In this document: positions 54,796 through 56,095 of the stretch, in pieces | Numbering within the stretch: position 1 is the first letter of the stretch | Layout of the letters: each line of letters opens with the position of its first letter | Assembly (NCBI GenBank): GCA_029260965.1 | Contig: JAJDCG010000002.1 | Span: 190,707 to 246,801 of the forward strand | Reading direction: 5' to 3' | DNA from: Candidatus Levyibacteriota bacterium | GTDB lineage: Bacteria; Patescibacteriota; Microgenomatia; Levybacterales; UBA12049 | Length of the DNA: 56,095 nt | Translations under genes and position numbers: made by a program | Notes under the pieces: generated by a model | What the model was told of the DNA's origin: nothing | Databases searched by the model: none | The model's input: only the letters and a program-made list of their open reading frames with translations

Positions 54796-55182
54796 ATGGA
54801 ATGGGATGATGCAAAAGACATAAAGAAAGATTTGAAAGAAATTCTCAGAGTAATTGACATGCCTCACATACAGATTTCCAAAATCTATTGCTATAGAACA
54901 ACAGGATCTAAAGTCAGGGCATACGCACGCACCTGGGCCTTTCCCAAGATCTTTCAAAGAGCACTGGGCATAGAACCAGCATATGTAATTGAGATACTTT
55001 CCAAGCACTACGACAAGCTGGATGATGATAATAAAAAAAGAGTACTTATTCACGAACTACTACATATTCCCAAAAACTTTTCAGGTGCGCTTCTCGCCCA
55101 CCGCGGTAAATCAAGAAATATTCACAAAATGACAAATGAGCTATTCAAAGAATACAAAAAAAATATTAAAATAAATCAATAA
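54796..55182 (+). CDS. Putative metallopeptidase (HExxH)
   Basis: LIHELLHIP; start ATG 54796. Confidence 0.8.
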   Translation: MEWDDAKDIKKDLKEILRVIDMPHIQISKIYCYRTTGSKVRAYARTWAFPKIFQRALGIEPAYVIEILSKHYDKLDDDNKKRVLIHELLHIPKNFSGALLAHRGKSRNIHKMTNELFKEYKKNIKINQ

Positions 55183-55242
55183 CAAATCATCTAATTTCAA
55201 ATTAACTAATTATTTGTTAAATTGGCTGATTAGATAATTTTT

Positions 55243-55932
55243 ATGATCACTATTATTCACGGTACAGATAATGTCACATCAAGAAGATACTTTTTTGATC
55301 TCAAAGAAAAAAGTTCTGATGCTGAAATCTATCAAGGAGACAAAATAACCATTACTGATCTTATTCAGATTTTAGATGGAGGAGGGCTTTTTTCCGACAT
55401 CAAAACAATTTTTATTGAAAATTTATTTGGCAAAAGAAAATCTGATTCTGAAATAAAAGAGATAATAAGGATTCTGAATAAAAATTCAGAAAATTGTGAT
55501 ATATTTATTTGGGAATCAAAAGAGCTAACCAAAGTTCAGACAGTAAAGCTAAAAGATGCAGTTGTCAAACCATTCAAGCTCCCCAACACTCTATTCACCT
55601 TGCTTGACAGTATAAAACCGAAAAATGGTAATAAGCTAGTTATGCTTTTCAATCAAACAGCTCAAGAAGCAGATCCCGAAATGATATTTTTTATGATAGT
55701 GAGACAGTTTCGCCTCATGCTTGCTGTGAGAGAGGCTGGAAGAGAGCAGGTAGATGAGCTCAAACGAATGAGTTGGCAAATGGGAAAACTAAAATCCCAG
55801 GCTTCCCTTTTTGATATCAAAGACTTAAAGAAACTTTATGCAGATTTGTTTGAGATCGAAAAAGCGCAAAAAACAGGAAATCTCTCAATGCCGATGAAAC
55901 AGACAATTGACATTTTTTTACTGTCGATTTAA
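55243..55932 (+). CDS. holA: DNA polymerase III delta subunit, short form
   Basis: MITIIHG, GLF, LFTLLD, RQFR and KTG C-terminal pattern. Confidence 0.7.
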   Translation: MITIIHGTDNVTSRRYFFDLKEKSSDAEIYQGDKITITDLIQILDGGGLFSDIKTIFIENLFGKRKSDSEIKEIIRILNKNSENCDIFIWESKELTKVQTVKLKDAVVKPFKLPNTLFTLLDSIKPKNGNKLVMLFNQTAQEADPEMIFFMIVRQFRLMLAVREAGREQVDELKRMSWQMGKLKSQASLFDIKDLKKLYADLFEIEKAQKTGNLSMPMKQTIDIFLLSI

Positions 55933-55944
55933 GATAAAGGAATA

Positions 55945-56095
55945 ATGCTATCTGCAATTGACCCCAAAATTTTTAAAGCCTATGATATACGAGCAATATA
56001 CCCCGATCAGATCAATGAAGAAAATATAGTTCCTATTATTCGAGCTATCTACAAATTCTTTCTTGAAAAAACAAATAAAAAGCACCTATCTGTAG
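55945..56095 (+). CDS. Phosphomannomutase/phosphoglucomutase, 3'-truncated by window edge
   Basis: IFKAYDIRAIYP N-terminal signature. Confidence 0.85.
   Translation, partial: MLSAIDPKIFKAYDIRAIYPDQINEENIVPIIRAIYKFFLEKTNKKHLSV

Overview
An AT-rich bacterial chromosome segment read with genetic code 11. Gene content suggests Patescibacteria/CPR, probably Microgenomates (inference): an RnfD-FNR fusion, DUF2207, a short HolA, a UvrC lacking its HhH domain and dockerin-tailed secreted proteins. It carries about 50 CDS covering housekeeping, repair and transport (typA, nth, dinB, uvrA, uvrC, secG, holA, rmlC, a Fur-ZIP pair, a MacAB-like ABC system) and nine tRNAs, none encoding CCA. The most notable features are: (1) a small island at the tRNA-His 3' end encoding a ~1166-aa protein with a STAND-like winged-helix motif but no P-loop, a long helical body and a C-terminal TIR domain, flanked by identical 13-bp palindromes and a phage-like HTH fragment that runs into the tRNA; (2) an unannotated ~130-nt structured RNA candidate with its own promoter, a three-way junction and a terminator/antiterminator; (3) a decayed GIY-YIG gene bracketed by REP-like hairpins fused to tRNA ends; (4) pervasive leaderless promoter architecture, several readable operators, and a heptamer-repeat insertion inside dinB. 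All calls were made by eye from motifs; no database searches were run.
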